Shown piece after piece: positions 1 to 11,514 of a stretch of 26,397 nucleotides of DNA. Location: assembly GCF_000143415.4 (NCBI RefSeq), contig NW_003314491.1, forward strand, positions 1 through 26,397. Reading direction: 5' to 3'. Made by a program: the position numbers and the translations under genes. The notes under the pieces are model-generated. The model had not been told where the DNA came from. It worked only from the letters and a program-made list of their open reading frames with translations, and searched no databases. Every line of letters begins with the position of its first letter. The stretch's first letter is position 1. This stretch comes from Selaginella moellendorffii. Lineage: Eukaryota > Plantae > Lycopodiophyta.

Positions 1-663
1 GTGTGGCTACCGCTTCCTCTTGATATTCGGCACTTGTGCTTCCTGGTATGTCACCATGGAATGGGTTAGGACCACATTTAGAAATGGCGTGAGGCCTCAT
101 GCCATTAGTGGTACCACTAATGGCATGAGGGCTCATGCCAATTTTGTGAATGCAAAATTTCACGTGGGTGTCAATAGCATGTTTGAATAATGGCATGTGG
201 CCTCATGCTATTGAGGTTGTTTGGTATGTTATGATTTAGGCCATTCTCCAATCATTTTTTGTATGGTCTTAACTTCTTTTCTGCACTTTCAGAATGGCCT
301 TCAGGGTTGGGGAAAAGGTTTACATTTTGAATGGTGGGAAGAGAGTTGCAAAAGGGACCCTTGTGTCTATGGATCGGAACTTTGTTATACACTGTCAAAG
401 GCTTGGGGAAGGCAATGCTGCTGTATCAGTAGAGACTGTCTTCGATGGGAATGTGGCCGCTATTGAACGAGGAGAGATGGTCGTCGGGGTAAATGTTGTT
501 GTTGCCTTGAAAAATCTTCAGAAGAAAACAGATGTTGGGGACAGCACAAGTGTGACGCATGTTCCCTCCGTGGATCTTAAGAACCGTGCTACATGGATTC
601 AGGCGAACGTGTTTCTAAACAACCCCGAGGGGGAGGTGGTAGCTGAGGGCTTAGCCACAGTTG

Positions 664-2351
664 TGTGAAACACAAAATCCCTAGGCCCCAAAGTGGAGCC
701 GGAAGGGCGCCACATGGTAGTGGCCGAAGCAAGAGCCAAACGAGCGTAACACGTTTGGACCAAAAGCTCCGACTTGAAAAGTCAAGAGCGGGAGTGGAAC
801 TCCCAACGAAGTGCTCGAGGAACGAGCACGAAGCGAGCAAAAGGCGAGGCTCCAAAAAGGGACCCAAAAGGACAAACACATGACACGTGGGAGTGTCCGA
901 GATGGACCCGAGTTGGAGTCCGAAGTGGAGTCCGAGATGGACCCGAGTTGGAGTCCGAAGTGGAGTCCGAGATGGACCCGAGATGGAGTCCGAGATGGAG
1001 TCCGAGATGGAGTCCGAGATGGACCCGAGATGGACCCGAAATGGAGTCCGAGATGGAGTCCGAGGTGGACCCGAGATAGACCCGAAATGGAGTCTGAGAT
1101 GGAGTCCGAGATGGACCCGAGATGGAACCCGAGATGGAGTCCGAGATGGAGTCCGAGATGGAGTCCGAGATGGAGTCCGAAGTCGAGACCGAGACCGGGA
1201 CCGAGACCGAAACCGAGACCGAGACCGAGATCGGGACCGAGACCGAGACCGAGGCCGAGGTCGAGACCGAGCCCGAGCCCGAGTCCGAGTCCGAATCCGA
1301 GTCCGAGTCCGAGTCCGAGTCCGAGTCCGAGTCTGAGTCCGAGTCCGGAGCCTGAGAGGGTGAAAGCCCAAAGCGTTCGTCTCCCAGACCCTGGGGGGTT
1401 TGGTGAGCTCCAAAAGTATAGTAGGGGGGAGGACTGCAGTGGAGCCAGTTTGGCCAGGAAAGGCCAGTTTGGCCCAGGAAGGCCGGACCCAGTGTTGGGT
1501 GATGAGCTGCCCACTGGGAAGTCCAAGACTAGAGTGAACACAGACCGACAAGCAGGGTAGCTTGGTGAAGTGTTCAAGAGCCGGCTCTAGTTCCCCCGGG
1601 AGATCGACTGGCCGATGCTCCCAGTCCAAGTGTGGGTGGCACTACCTACTTGGATACCTGGTGTGGCTCAACGGAACCCGCTCTAAGCCCATGGCTAGAG
1701 CACCCAAGGGCAGAAGGCGAGGAGAGTACCCAGGTGGCTTGCGTAAGGCCACGGTGTTCCGAAATGTTGTCCCAAAGGCCTAGATTGTGGAAAGGAAGAG
1801 GAGCAGTCCTCTGGGGTAGTGACCAAGGACACAGTCGTGTGGTGAGGAAGTCCCAGAGGACTGTGGGACTTAGTGGTCGAGCCTGTGGGTCTCGATCCAG
1901 TGGCAGTGTTGGCAAACACGGCCAGGGGCAGAAAGGGACTTAGTGAGGACTGATAGAGGGATATTGGGGAAGGCTATTCCCCTTGTCGGTGGGCATCCTA
2001 AGGATGCTAAGGAGTGGATCTGAGATGACCACTCACGGATGGTTTGCCTAGTCTTGGAGAGCCAAGACGGTGATGCAAGTGGTATTGGACTACCAGTGTG
2101 GCAAAGGTGATTGGGCATGGCCTTAGCGTAACGGGCTGCTATGTCGGTGGTACCTTTGAGTGTCGGTCATGGGATCGGACACGTAGTGCACTTGGACCAA
2201 GTGCAAATGTTGAGTGGCATGGATGCCATTCTCGGAGCTAGCAAGTCCTAAGTCCTGGATTGGACTTATGGAGGTTGTGAATGAGACTCCTCCAAGTGGT
2301 CAGAGGTGTGGTTAAGTGACTAAAGTAGAATGGAAAATTTAGTCGCTTACA
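664..2351 (+). repeat. 5' LTR (1688 bp)
   Basis: TG...CA ends; direct repeat of 6508-8264; followed by the PBS after 3 nt. Confidence 0.95.
895..1347 (+). repeat. LTR minisatellite: 12/11-bp GAGTCCGAGATG / GACCCGAGATG units, then 6-bp CCGAGA and CCGAGT units
   Basis: Directly visible tandem units; source of the spurious WSPR/ESEM/RPRP/SPSP ORFs. Confidence 0.95.
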
Positions 2352-2354
2352 ACT

Positions 2355-2366
2355 TGGTATCGGAGC
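2355..2366 (+). other. Primer binding site, tRNA-iMet type
   Basis: TGGTATCGGAGC versus the canonical TGGTATCAGAGC, just downstream of the 5' LTR. Confidence 0.9.
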
Positions 2367-5300
2367 TGTTCCTTAGTCCGACTTTTATTGGTGCTCAAGT
2401 ATATCACCACTAGTGTTGGCATCGGAAGGTCCGAGGAGTGGGCCTATCCTTGAGGAGTAGCAAGTCGGGAAGACATGGCTCTCCATTACAGTTCATGTGT
2501 GAACTTGTAGACGAGGTGGTGGATAGAAAAGGGCCAATAATGGAACGACTTTGGGATCTTGGGAACAGTATATGGTTTTCCTCAAAGAGTTGAGGATGTG
2601 ATCTAGATGAGCGTTTGACTTAGCAAACTGGCTAATGTAGTTGTGGTAAACAACTACAGTTGGGATCACGGGAAAGATAAAGACTCCAAAGCAATAAAGG
2701 AGTCACAAGATTTTCCTCATATAGTTGAGGTTGGTGCTCATGAATGTGAGACTAGAAGTAATGACCGTGGGAGGTCAAATACAGAAGAGGACTCAAGTCC
2801 TTGAAAAGGTATCCGGGGCTACCTCTAATAAATGCTGGAACAACCCCAAGAGTTGGGGGTGTATTAAGTGGATGAGTTGGTGTTCTCATCACATGGACAA
2901 GTAGTCCTAAGGGGCAAAGGTTGCCCCCAGAGAACAAAATCAAGTGTCGGAGTAACACTTGTGAAAATAGTCCTTTTGAGTAGGACAGGAATGCAAGAAG
3001 TGTATTCCAGTGAGCTAGGGCCTCACAAGTAGGACCTTACGGGTCTGTGGATTAACCAAGTCCAAAATTGCTGGATGACTCAAGTAGAGTCAACGGATGG
3101 TCCTAAAAGGACTGATGGAAGCATTTGGACTGAGGTGTGTTGTACCCCACAAAGAATGGGGGGGGATAATAGGATCCAAGGATGAGAACAAAGGGTATCT
3201 CATCGATGGCAAAATGTGCCATGCTAAAGTCGTGGGAAAGGTGTTCCCAAAAAGAAAACAACTTTGACGCAAAGTTGTGTGTGACCTCTATGGTGCAGTG
3301 CTAACGGATGGTTGGCATGAGAAAGAGCGGTGTTGGTCTTGGCAAAGACATAAACACGAAGGGGAAGTGTCATAGAGGTAGGCTCGTGGAGCTGATGGTG
3401 TGGAGACACCAAATGTGCCAAGGTGTGATACCTTGAGGCTATGTTGGTGGGTTCATGAGAACCCCTTGCCAAAGGAATCCCAATGGAAATGGGAATGGCA
3501 TAGCCTAAGCTGCAGAGCATGCAGTTGGAGTGTGGTGACCCAGATAATGATGGAGGTGTGAAAGCACCAAGCAATGAGTTGTAGGACTTGACAACTATGA
3601 GGCAACTAAGCAAGAGATGCAAAATAACTGGTTAAACGGGTAGAAGGTAGCTACCCAAGACTTCTTAATAGCATAGGGAAGTTGGATATACCCTTATGGG
3701 GGATAAGTTGCTTGTGTTGCGATATAGTAAGTCAATGTCATAAAAGGAAATACTCATTGTCAAGAAAGCCATCATTGGGACACCCGAACACTCTAGAACA
3801 CCAGAAGGTGGTGTTTGATGTCGCGAGGGCAATGGATAAAGCCCAAGGGACTAAGTCCCTAGCGAATGATGGATAGAAGGTGCTATCCAAATGTCCAAGG
3901 TTGCGGAGACAGGAGAGGACTGTCTACCCAAGTTGGACAAAGCCAAAAAAGGAATTTTGGCAAGGCTAGTGATGGGCATGTAAAGGCCCATAAGCAACAA
4001 TGTAATCCCAGTGTGTGGGATTATAAGGTGAGCATACCCGGATTGAGGAACCACTCCCTAGGCTATTGGGTAGGTTCATCCCTAAGAATACTTGCTAAAG
4101 CATGATAGAAAGTGCAAAGCTATCCTCCTGGTCTGGAGGAGAATGACCAAAGGAAAGGTGTGAAGCCAAAAAGCAAGAAGTAAGGGGATAGAACCGAACC
4201 GTAGGAATCAAAGGGCATAACCAAGGTTGGTTATGCCAGCTGGGAGTGGAGAATCAAGTGGGGGTTCGAGGGTGTTGCCGCTAGCAACCGTGATGCCATG
4301 GAGAGTCTAAAATATGGAATTGTCCATGTTAGACTATGTGGCATTTGGAAGGCTTGCAAAAAGGGAGGCCTTAGCAAGCTGAGGGACAGAGTTCCTTCAA
4401 GGTTCCCAAAGACGATTCTAGGTAGCTTAGTACCTAGAAAGGCCAAGTGTAAATGGTTCATGGAACGCGCGAAATTAGAGTGGCATAGCAGAAGCGTGGT
4501 CTTGAAGCTTGCCATGAGGCAAGGCTATCAAGGTTAGGGAAGTAGTTCCCGAGTGTTCAAGGAGAGGGCTTTGAACGAAAGTCGATGGTCAAGGACTTTC
4601 ACGCTTATGCAGGAACCATGTTACGGTGGTCGGAGGACTTGCCAAGCGAGATTGGCACGTCGGGGGAACAAATACCCTAGTTGAAGGTGATAACTTCAAA
4701 AAGGGTGGGCCATGGGGCCGAGCATGGAGGAGTCCATGCATGATCACAGACATGTCAAGTGAGAGGACTTGGCAGTGTGGAGGAACTAGGTTCCTAAGTT
4801 GTGATCTGTAGCGCGCTTTAAAAATAAGTTGGTGCACCGGCGTGGGGAGTCACGCCAGGCATCTTGTGTGATGCCATCCGTAGATGCATATACGGAGGTT
4901 GGGTTCGAGTCCCGACCCTCTAGTGCTTGGGTTCGAGTCCCAAATCACTAGGGCGTGGTGATGGTTTGGAATATGGGGACACTCATATTTCGGTGGTCAT
5001 GGACTCTCAGTGGGGAGACTGGTTTGGGCACACCGCCAAGCTAGGGATGCCTCGGAGTCGTGATGCACGGTTAAATTGCTTAGTGTGAAAGCTCAGCATA
5101 TCTAACTTGAACGCTTTGGTGCAAGTGGCACCAAGGTCGTGGTGAGTGAGATGGGGACACCTAATCTCAGTTGCTATGAACCCTTGGCCGTAAGGGCTGG
5201 CTTGGGTGCACCGCCAAGTGTGGGGGATGCCCCCGGGGTTATAGTCAACAACTTGGAGGTCTAGAAGACCAAGTACCTCTTGGCAACTCTGTTAAGGTGC

Positions 5301-6272
5301 CAAGGTGAGATCATCAGGTGATCTTATGGCCAGATAAGGACAAGGTCCTTGGTTGGCTAAGGAATGAAGTTCCTGGTTCAAAATGTTGAAATTGAACTGT
5401 TTAAGGTGGTGTGGCTTGGTCGTGATGACCAAGTGGGAAGAGCACCTAAGGGAAGTAAACTATGTCCGTGCGATGGCATAGTGAGTCCGAGGAAAGTAGT
5501 CTCTAAAGAGACCTATGGGAGGGTCACAAAGTTGGGCCGTGGATAGAGCCCATAGCAGAAGATGCTAAAAGAGACTTACTAGGGGTGAACACCCTAGTCT
5601 TGGCAAAGCAGAGCCTTTGCTATGGAATCAAAAGAATACCTCAAGGAGGGAGGTAGAGATTCGATGTTGCTTGGTGCAACAATCAACGGATAGGAGCAAA
5701 AGATAAGTGGCCAAGATAGGGCCGTGGAATCCCTTGGAAGGAATCCAAGTGGCAAAGTTAGGCGAGGAACACTAATGTGTTGGACGCTAACAAATTCCGG
5801 AAAAGGAAGTGTGTTTCCAAGGATGAATTCCGAATTGCTCTGATTTGGCGAAAGTGGAAGCTCCAAGGGAGGGAGCGGTAAGGTAGCCAAATGATAGGGC
5901 CATGGACAGCCCTAGCACAAAGTATGATAAATGGAACTTAGTGCCCAAGGTGGCACGAAATAGAAGAGAGGATGATGGTGCCCTCAAGTAATGAGCTTTC
6001 TAGGATGGGGAAGTGGAGTTGCACAATCTGTGCAATGCAAGGTGTTGGAGACACCTAGGAAATTGACTTCCAAAAGTCAAAAGAGTAAAAGTTCCAAGGT
6101 GCAAACGTTCAATAGATGGAAATTGAGACTACTCGAGAAGGAGTAGCAGGATTGACTTAGAGAAGGGTCTCTAAGAAGTTTAGCAAGAACTAAACCAATA
6201 AAAGGAGAGAACCACTATATGTAGTCCAATCAGTCTCTAAGTTGGAGAGACTACCCTCCTTAGAGGATAGGC

Positions 6273-6406
6273 AAGGCATGGTGAGCCTTTGGTGTCAAAC
6301 CATTGAGGCATATGGAAAAGGTATGGTGAGCCTTCAATGTCAAACCATTGACGAATATGGAGAAGGCATGGTGAGCCTTCAATGTCAAACCATTGACAAA
6401 TATTGG
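6273..6406 (+). repeat. Three 45-bp tandem repeats upstream of the PPT
   Basis: AAGGYATGGTGAGCCTTYRRTGTCAAACCATTGA... units start at 6273, 6318 and 6363. Confidence 0.9.
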
Positions 6407-6495
6407 CTAGGTGCCAAGGATGGAAATGGTAACACATGTGAGTGTTACTTTAAAAAATGGTTTACCGTTCGATGAGGACATCGAACTTCGTCTAT

Positions 6496-6506
6496 GGGTG
6501 GTGGAG
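6496..6506 (+). other. Polypurine tract
   Basis: GGGTGGTGGAG, ending 1 nt upstream of the 3' LTR TGTG. Confidence 0.75.
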
Positions 6507-6507
6507 T

Positions 6508-7147
6508 TGTGAAACACAAAATCCCTAGGCCCCAAAGTGGAGCCGGAAGGGCGCCACATGGTAGTGGCCAAAGCAAGAGCCAAACGAGCGTAACACGTTT
6601 GGACCAAAAGCTCCAACTTGAAAAGTCAAGAGCGGGAGTGGAACTCCCAACGAAGTGCTCGAGGAACGAGCACGAAGCGAGCAAAAGGCGAGGCTCCAAA
6701 AAGGGACCCAAAAGGACAAACACATGGCACGTGGGAGTGTCCGAGATGGACCCGAGTTGGAGTCCGAAGTGGAGTCCGAGATGGACCCGAGTTGGAGTCC
6801 GAAGTGGAGTCCGAGATGGACCCGAGATGGAGTCCGAGATGGAGTCCGAAGTGGAGTCCGAGGTGGACCCGAGATGGACCCGAGTTGGAGTCCGAAGTGG
6901 AGTCCGAGATGGACCCGAGATGGAGTCCGAGATGGAGTCCGAGATGGAGTCCGAGATGGAGTCCGAGATGGACCCGAGATGGACCCGAAATGGAGTCCGA
7001 GATGGAGTCCGAGGTGGACCCGAGATAGACCCGAAATGGAGTCCGAGATGAAGTCCGAGATGGACCCGAGATGGAACCCGAGATGGAGTCCGAGATGGAA
7101 TCCGAGATGGAGTCCGAGATGGAGTCCGAAGTCGAGACCGAGACCGG

Positions 7148-7179
<32 letters not shown>

Positions 7180-8264
7180 TCGGGACCGAGACCGAGACCG
7201 AGGCCAAGGCCGAGACCGAGCCCGAGCCCGAGTCCGAGTCCGAATCCGAGTCCGAGTCCGGAGCCTGAGAGGGTGAAAGCCCAAAGCGTTCGTCTCCCAG
7301 ACCCTGGGGGGTTTGGTGAGCTCCAAAAGTATAGTAGGGGGGAGGACTGCAGTGGAGCCAGTTTGGCCAGGAAAGGCCAGTTTGGCCCAGGAAGGCCGGA
7401 CCCAGTGTTGGGTGATGAGCTGCCCACTGGGAAGTCCAAGACTAGAGTGAACACAGACCGACAAGCAGGGTAGCTTGGTGAAGTGTTCAAGAGCCGGCTC
7501 TAGTTCCCCCGGGAGATCGACTGGCCGATGCTCCCAGTCCAAGTGTGGGTGGCACTACCTACTTGGATACCTGGTGTGGCTCAACGGAACCCGCTCTAAG
7601 CCCATGGCTAGAGCACCCAAGGGCAGAAGGCGAGGAGAGTACCCAGGTGGCTTGCGTAAGGCCACGGTGTTCCGAAATGTTGTCCCAAAGGCCTAGATTG
7701 TGGAAAGGAAGAGGAGCAGTCCTCTGGGGTAGTGACCAAGGACACAGTCGTGTGGTGAGGAAGTCCCAGAGGACTGTGGGACTTAGTGGTCGAGCCTGTG
7801 GGTCTCGATCCAGTGGCAGTGTTGGCAAACACGGCCAGGGGCAGAAAGGGACTTAGTGAGGACTGATAGAGGGATATTGGGGAAGGCTATTCCCCTTGTC
7901 GGTGGGCATCCTAAGGATGCTAAGGAGTGGATCTGAGATGACCACTCACGGATGGTTTGCCTAGTCTTGGAGAGCCAAGACGGTGATGCAAGTGGTATTG
8001 GACTACCAGTGTGGCAAAGGTGATTGGGCATGGCCTTAGCGTAACGGGCTGCTATGTCGGTGGTACCTTTGAGTGTCGGTCATGGGATCGGACACGTGGT
8101 GCACTTGGACCAAGTGCAAATGTTGAGTGGCATGGATGCCATTCTCGGAGCTAGCAAGTCCCAAGTCCTGGATTGGACTTATGGAGGTTGTGAATGAGAC
8201 TCCTCCAAGTGGTCAGAGGTGTGGTTAAGTGACTAAAGTAGAATGGAAAATTTAGTCGCTTACA
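6508..8264 (+). repeat. 3' LTR (1757 bp)
   Basis: TG...CA ends; preceded by the PPT. Differs from the 5' LTR by a few transitions and by minisatellite copy number. Confidence 0.95.
6739..7260 (+). repeat. Same minisatellite in the 3' LTR (more 11/12-mers, fewer 6-mers)
   Basis: Directly visible; accounts for the net 69-bp LTR length difference. Confidence 0.95.
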
Positions 8265-11256
8265 AATTGTCGATCCAAGAGATGCAGTTGCTAATCAAGA
8301 ATTGGGCTGGGATGATATTGGAGTTGCGATTTTAGAGGTTGTTGACACAGACGAAAACAGTCTGACTATTGGAAGCATTGTGCAGTGGAAATTGAGGCAC
8401 TTAGTGTTTGAGAATGTGAAGGATTCACAATCAAACACCACTACAACTGATGACAGAACATCTCTTCATGGGAAAAGAAAGTACACCTTTCTAAAGCGCA
8501 GCCAAAGGGATCTGAGCAACGAACCGAAAAGGCAGAAAATGGCGATGGAGGTTTGAATGGTCTCGACAGTTGCTTGTTGCAAGAGGAGCTGCTGTCAACA
8601 TGCTGATTGGGATGCTATTGAAGAGGAGAGAGCAAGATACAAAACATTGTCCTGGAATGCAGCTCGCAATTTTGTGTATGAGGCATTACGGTCATCTGTT
8701 GATGCTTCAGAACATCAGGTGGGGGGCATGGTCTTCCAGAGGGGTTTGGTCTGCATGAAGGCATGGAGAATCATTTATGGAGTCCCTCGAACCACATTCT
8801 ACAGAATCAAAACTGAGTTCGAGGAACAAAGGGTTCAACAGGCAGTCCATGGGAACGACGGTACGCACAAAACCAGGGGTCATGTTGTATATGGAGAGGC
8901 AATCTTCAAGAGGTTTGTCGAGACATGTAGCGAGCAGCAACCACATAAAACCCGCCTCTTGGAAGATGGAACACGAGACACCCAACGAGTTCTCCCTTCC
9001 ATGTATACCAAGGGGGCCATATTGGAAGATGTGAATCGGGAACTCCAGAGTAATGGCTACAGGAAGCTGAGCCAATCTAGATTTAGTAGATTGTGGAGCA
9101 ACAGGTTCAGGGATGTGAGTATAGGAAAGTACTCCAGCTTTTCAAAGTGTGACGAGTGCACTGCTATCAAAATGGCTTTGTCGAAGAATTCTTGCAGCGC
9201 TCAAGAGCGAGAGACGTTGGTTAGAAGGCGGCTCGACCACAACATCGAGCAGAGAAGCTGCAGGACTGCATATTATCATAACAGGATTCTCTCCATGGAG
9301 AGACCTGACTCTTACCTCTGCATCATCCACGACAAAATGGACCAGAAAAAGACGTGCTTACCTCGACTCAATCCTGCCCCCAAGGCAATCTCTTCATCCA
9401 TGCAGCTGCCTCTGTCTCTGTTTGGCATAATCGCTCATGGGCATGGTGCCTAGAACTATGGGAACTTCTTTGTACCTCTATGGGGTGGCAGGGGTGCAAA
9501 CATGATGATTGCGTCCCTAGCAAAACACTTAAGGTCTCTGCAAAGTGCGCAGACTAAGCTAAACGGCCAACCCTTGCATAAGGCCCTTGTCGATCAAACC
9601 CCATACAGGGTTCAGCTGGAGGAGGAGCAAAGGCTTGCAGTATCGCGTGGGGCCCCATGCCATCCCAGTGAATATGTTGGCCGTCAGATTGTAGGGTTAT
9701 CACGTGAGGCCTCATGCCATTCCGACGAGGCTGGTCGCCCGGTGAATGCACAGCCTCATCCAAACGAAGCAGAATCTCAAGGAAGTTCTTGCGGCCGATG
9801 TGGCCTTCCACCCCATCTTCTGCTCCAAACAGACAATGCTGGCAGTGAGAACAAAAACATGTACGTCTTCGCGTACTTGGCAATGCTTGTTGCCAAAGGC
9901 ATATTTGAAAAGGTTACACTTGGCTTTCTCATGGTTGGGCACACTCATGAAGACGTCGATGCCATGTTCAGTCACCTGGCAGAGTCCCTCCGGCGATCCA
10001 ATGTCCTCACCCTCCCACAACTCTACGATGAATTCCAAAATTGCATCAAAGGCACTGTTGAAGCTGCACTTCTGACAGAGGTTCCAGACTTTAAGGGGTT
10101 TGTAAAAGGCTACATCAGGGACGGATCCGAAACGCTGATTGGCCACTCCAAGCCTCTTCAGTTTCATTTCAGCATGTGTGACGGTGCTCCAGTGATGAGG
10201 TACAAGATGAGAGAATGGGACACAGTGTGGCTGCCAGTGGACGGCATTGATCTCTTGAAGAGAGATCCCATAACTGGGGAACCTATGATTCCTCAGGGTT
10301 CCCCACGGCAGATGCACCCAGATGGACTCAAAGACCAGGAAAGTATAGTGGCCGGGATTAGACAGCATATTGCCTTCTGGAAGAGGGGGTTGGTGTTTGG
10401 TGGAGAATCCTATTTTCAGAGGTGCAAGCCTTTGCTCGAATACTGGGAGAAGATTATATCTGCTATCCAAAATGGGCCGGTTGTATATGAAGAATTGGAA
10501 GAGTCCTTTTGGCCAGAACCCAGAGCACCAGATAGTAGCGGAACAATGTCGTCTGGAAATGCAGTGACAGATAACAATGTTGAGGATCACTATTGTGGGC
10601 CGAGGAACAAGAAGCCGGATTCAGCATTCAATCCAGTACAGGTCTGCAAAGGAATGGTCGTGCTTGTCAGACCCAGTAATAAAAAACAAATGATATGGGT
10701 GGGGCGCTGCATCACTGATGCAGAGGAGGACGCGGAAACTAACTCCTTCAATGTAACTGTGGAGTGGTTCAAGCCAAGTTCCGGATATACGAAGGATTGC
10801 CTAGAAAAGAGATGGGTGCTGAATCCAAGGGATCCCAGCATGAGCATATCGGTGGATAATGTTGTGCATGGTTGGATGCGGAAGCAGAGTACCACCATCA
10901 CCTTGCCAGACCATGCAAGAGATGCAGCAAGAGCATTCATAACCCGGGTTCAAGGTGAGATTCATTAATATTCCTTTACTAAGTTTCTAATGTATTTTAT
11001 TTCAAGGTGAACAATCCGAATCTGAATCAGAGGAGGCCTGATATAGTGTGTGAGGTAAAACAAAGATGATGTGACATATGCATTTACCAATCACACGTGC
11101 ATAAATCTAATAATATGGCGTGTGGCCCATATTAATGGCACATAAACCCATATTGTGGGCTTACGTACTTTATGTACCATCATTCCCTTGCAGCGTGTGT
11201 GTTGGTTTCCTTTTATAACACAACGAACTCCATATTTTAGGGTGAAGAGCGTTCTC

Positions 11257-11514
11257 ATGGCAAGCACAAAATCTGTAAGTGAGGCAGAAAAGGAAACGGA
11301 GAAGGAGATAGGTGAAGATGTAGAATATATAAGTCTTCCAAACTCCCCGTACTATACTCCAGGTGATCATTTTTCTGAACAAACGGCAACATTAACAACT
11401 ATCGAGAACGCCCCAGTAACGTCAGAGACAACAATCCAAAGCAAAATAACTGACCCGGAGAAGGATGATAGTACCGCTAAGAGTACCAAAAAGGAGGTGT
11501 CCACTAGCGCTTAG
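11257..11514 (+). CDS. Small acidic/Ser-Thr-rich hypothetical protein (85 aa) or terminal exon
   Basis: MASTKSVSEAEKETEKEIGEDVEYISLPNSP...; preceded by a TTTTAG acceptor-like site at 11235-11240 and flanked by palindrome copies at 11115 and 11522. Confidence 0.35.
   Translation: MASTKSVSEAEKETEKEIGEDVEYISLPNSPYYTPGDHFSEQTATLTTIENAPVTSETTIQSKITDPEKDDSTAKSTKKEVSTSA

Larger units (their letters stand above)
664..8264 (+). mobile_element. Non-autonomous Ty3/gypsy-like LTR retrotransposon (LARD-like), inserted in the transposase gene
   Basis: Two near-identical LTRs, each TGTGAAAC...GCTTACA. PBS at 2355-2366 and PPT at 6496-6506. 5-bp TSD AGTTG (659-663) / AATTG (8265-8269) with one mismatch. 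The internal 4.15 kb has no long ORF and no recognisable RT/IN motif. Confidence 0.93.
294..11041 (+). pseudogene. Disrupted DDE-type transposase gene (Sola/DUF7869-like), about 1030 aa when reconstructed
   Basis: Removing the LTR element and one TSD copy joins ...AEGLATV (294-663) in frame to VDPRDAVANQELGWDD... (8270 onward). ORFs 8302-8556, 8557-9453 and 9502-10968 share one frame, separated only by TGA 8554-8556 and TAG 9451-9453. Motifs: FSKCDEC, IIHDKMDQKKT, LQTDNAGSENKN, FLMVGHTHEDVDAMFS. A splice acceptor (TTTCAG, ending 292) precedes the ATG. A probable 52-nt intron 10955-11006 leads to a last exon GEQSESESEEA* (stop 11039-11041). Family name is from motif recall. Confidence 0.8.

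Noticed and set aside
589-1629. Long RS/RP/SP-rich ORFs resembling SR splicing factors or extensins (also 6445-7542)
   Set aside because: They are translations of the LTR minisatellite, are open in several frames and are duplicated with the LTR.
4880-4960. tRNA gene
   Set aside because: Only the T-loop/B-box motif is present; no acceptor stem, D-arm or anticodon arm is evident.
9712-10590. 292-aa antisense ORF, and similar shadows such as 21538-22146
   Set aside because: They lie opposite well-supported coding sequence and have no recognisable motifs.
8302-10968. Three-gene operon-like arrangement
   Set aside because: All three ORFs share one frame, and the transposase motifs span the stop at 9451-9453; nonsense mutations explain this better.
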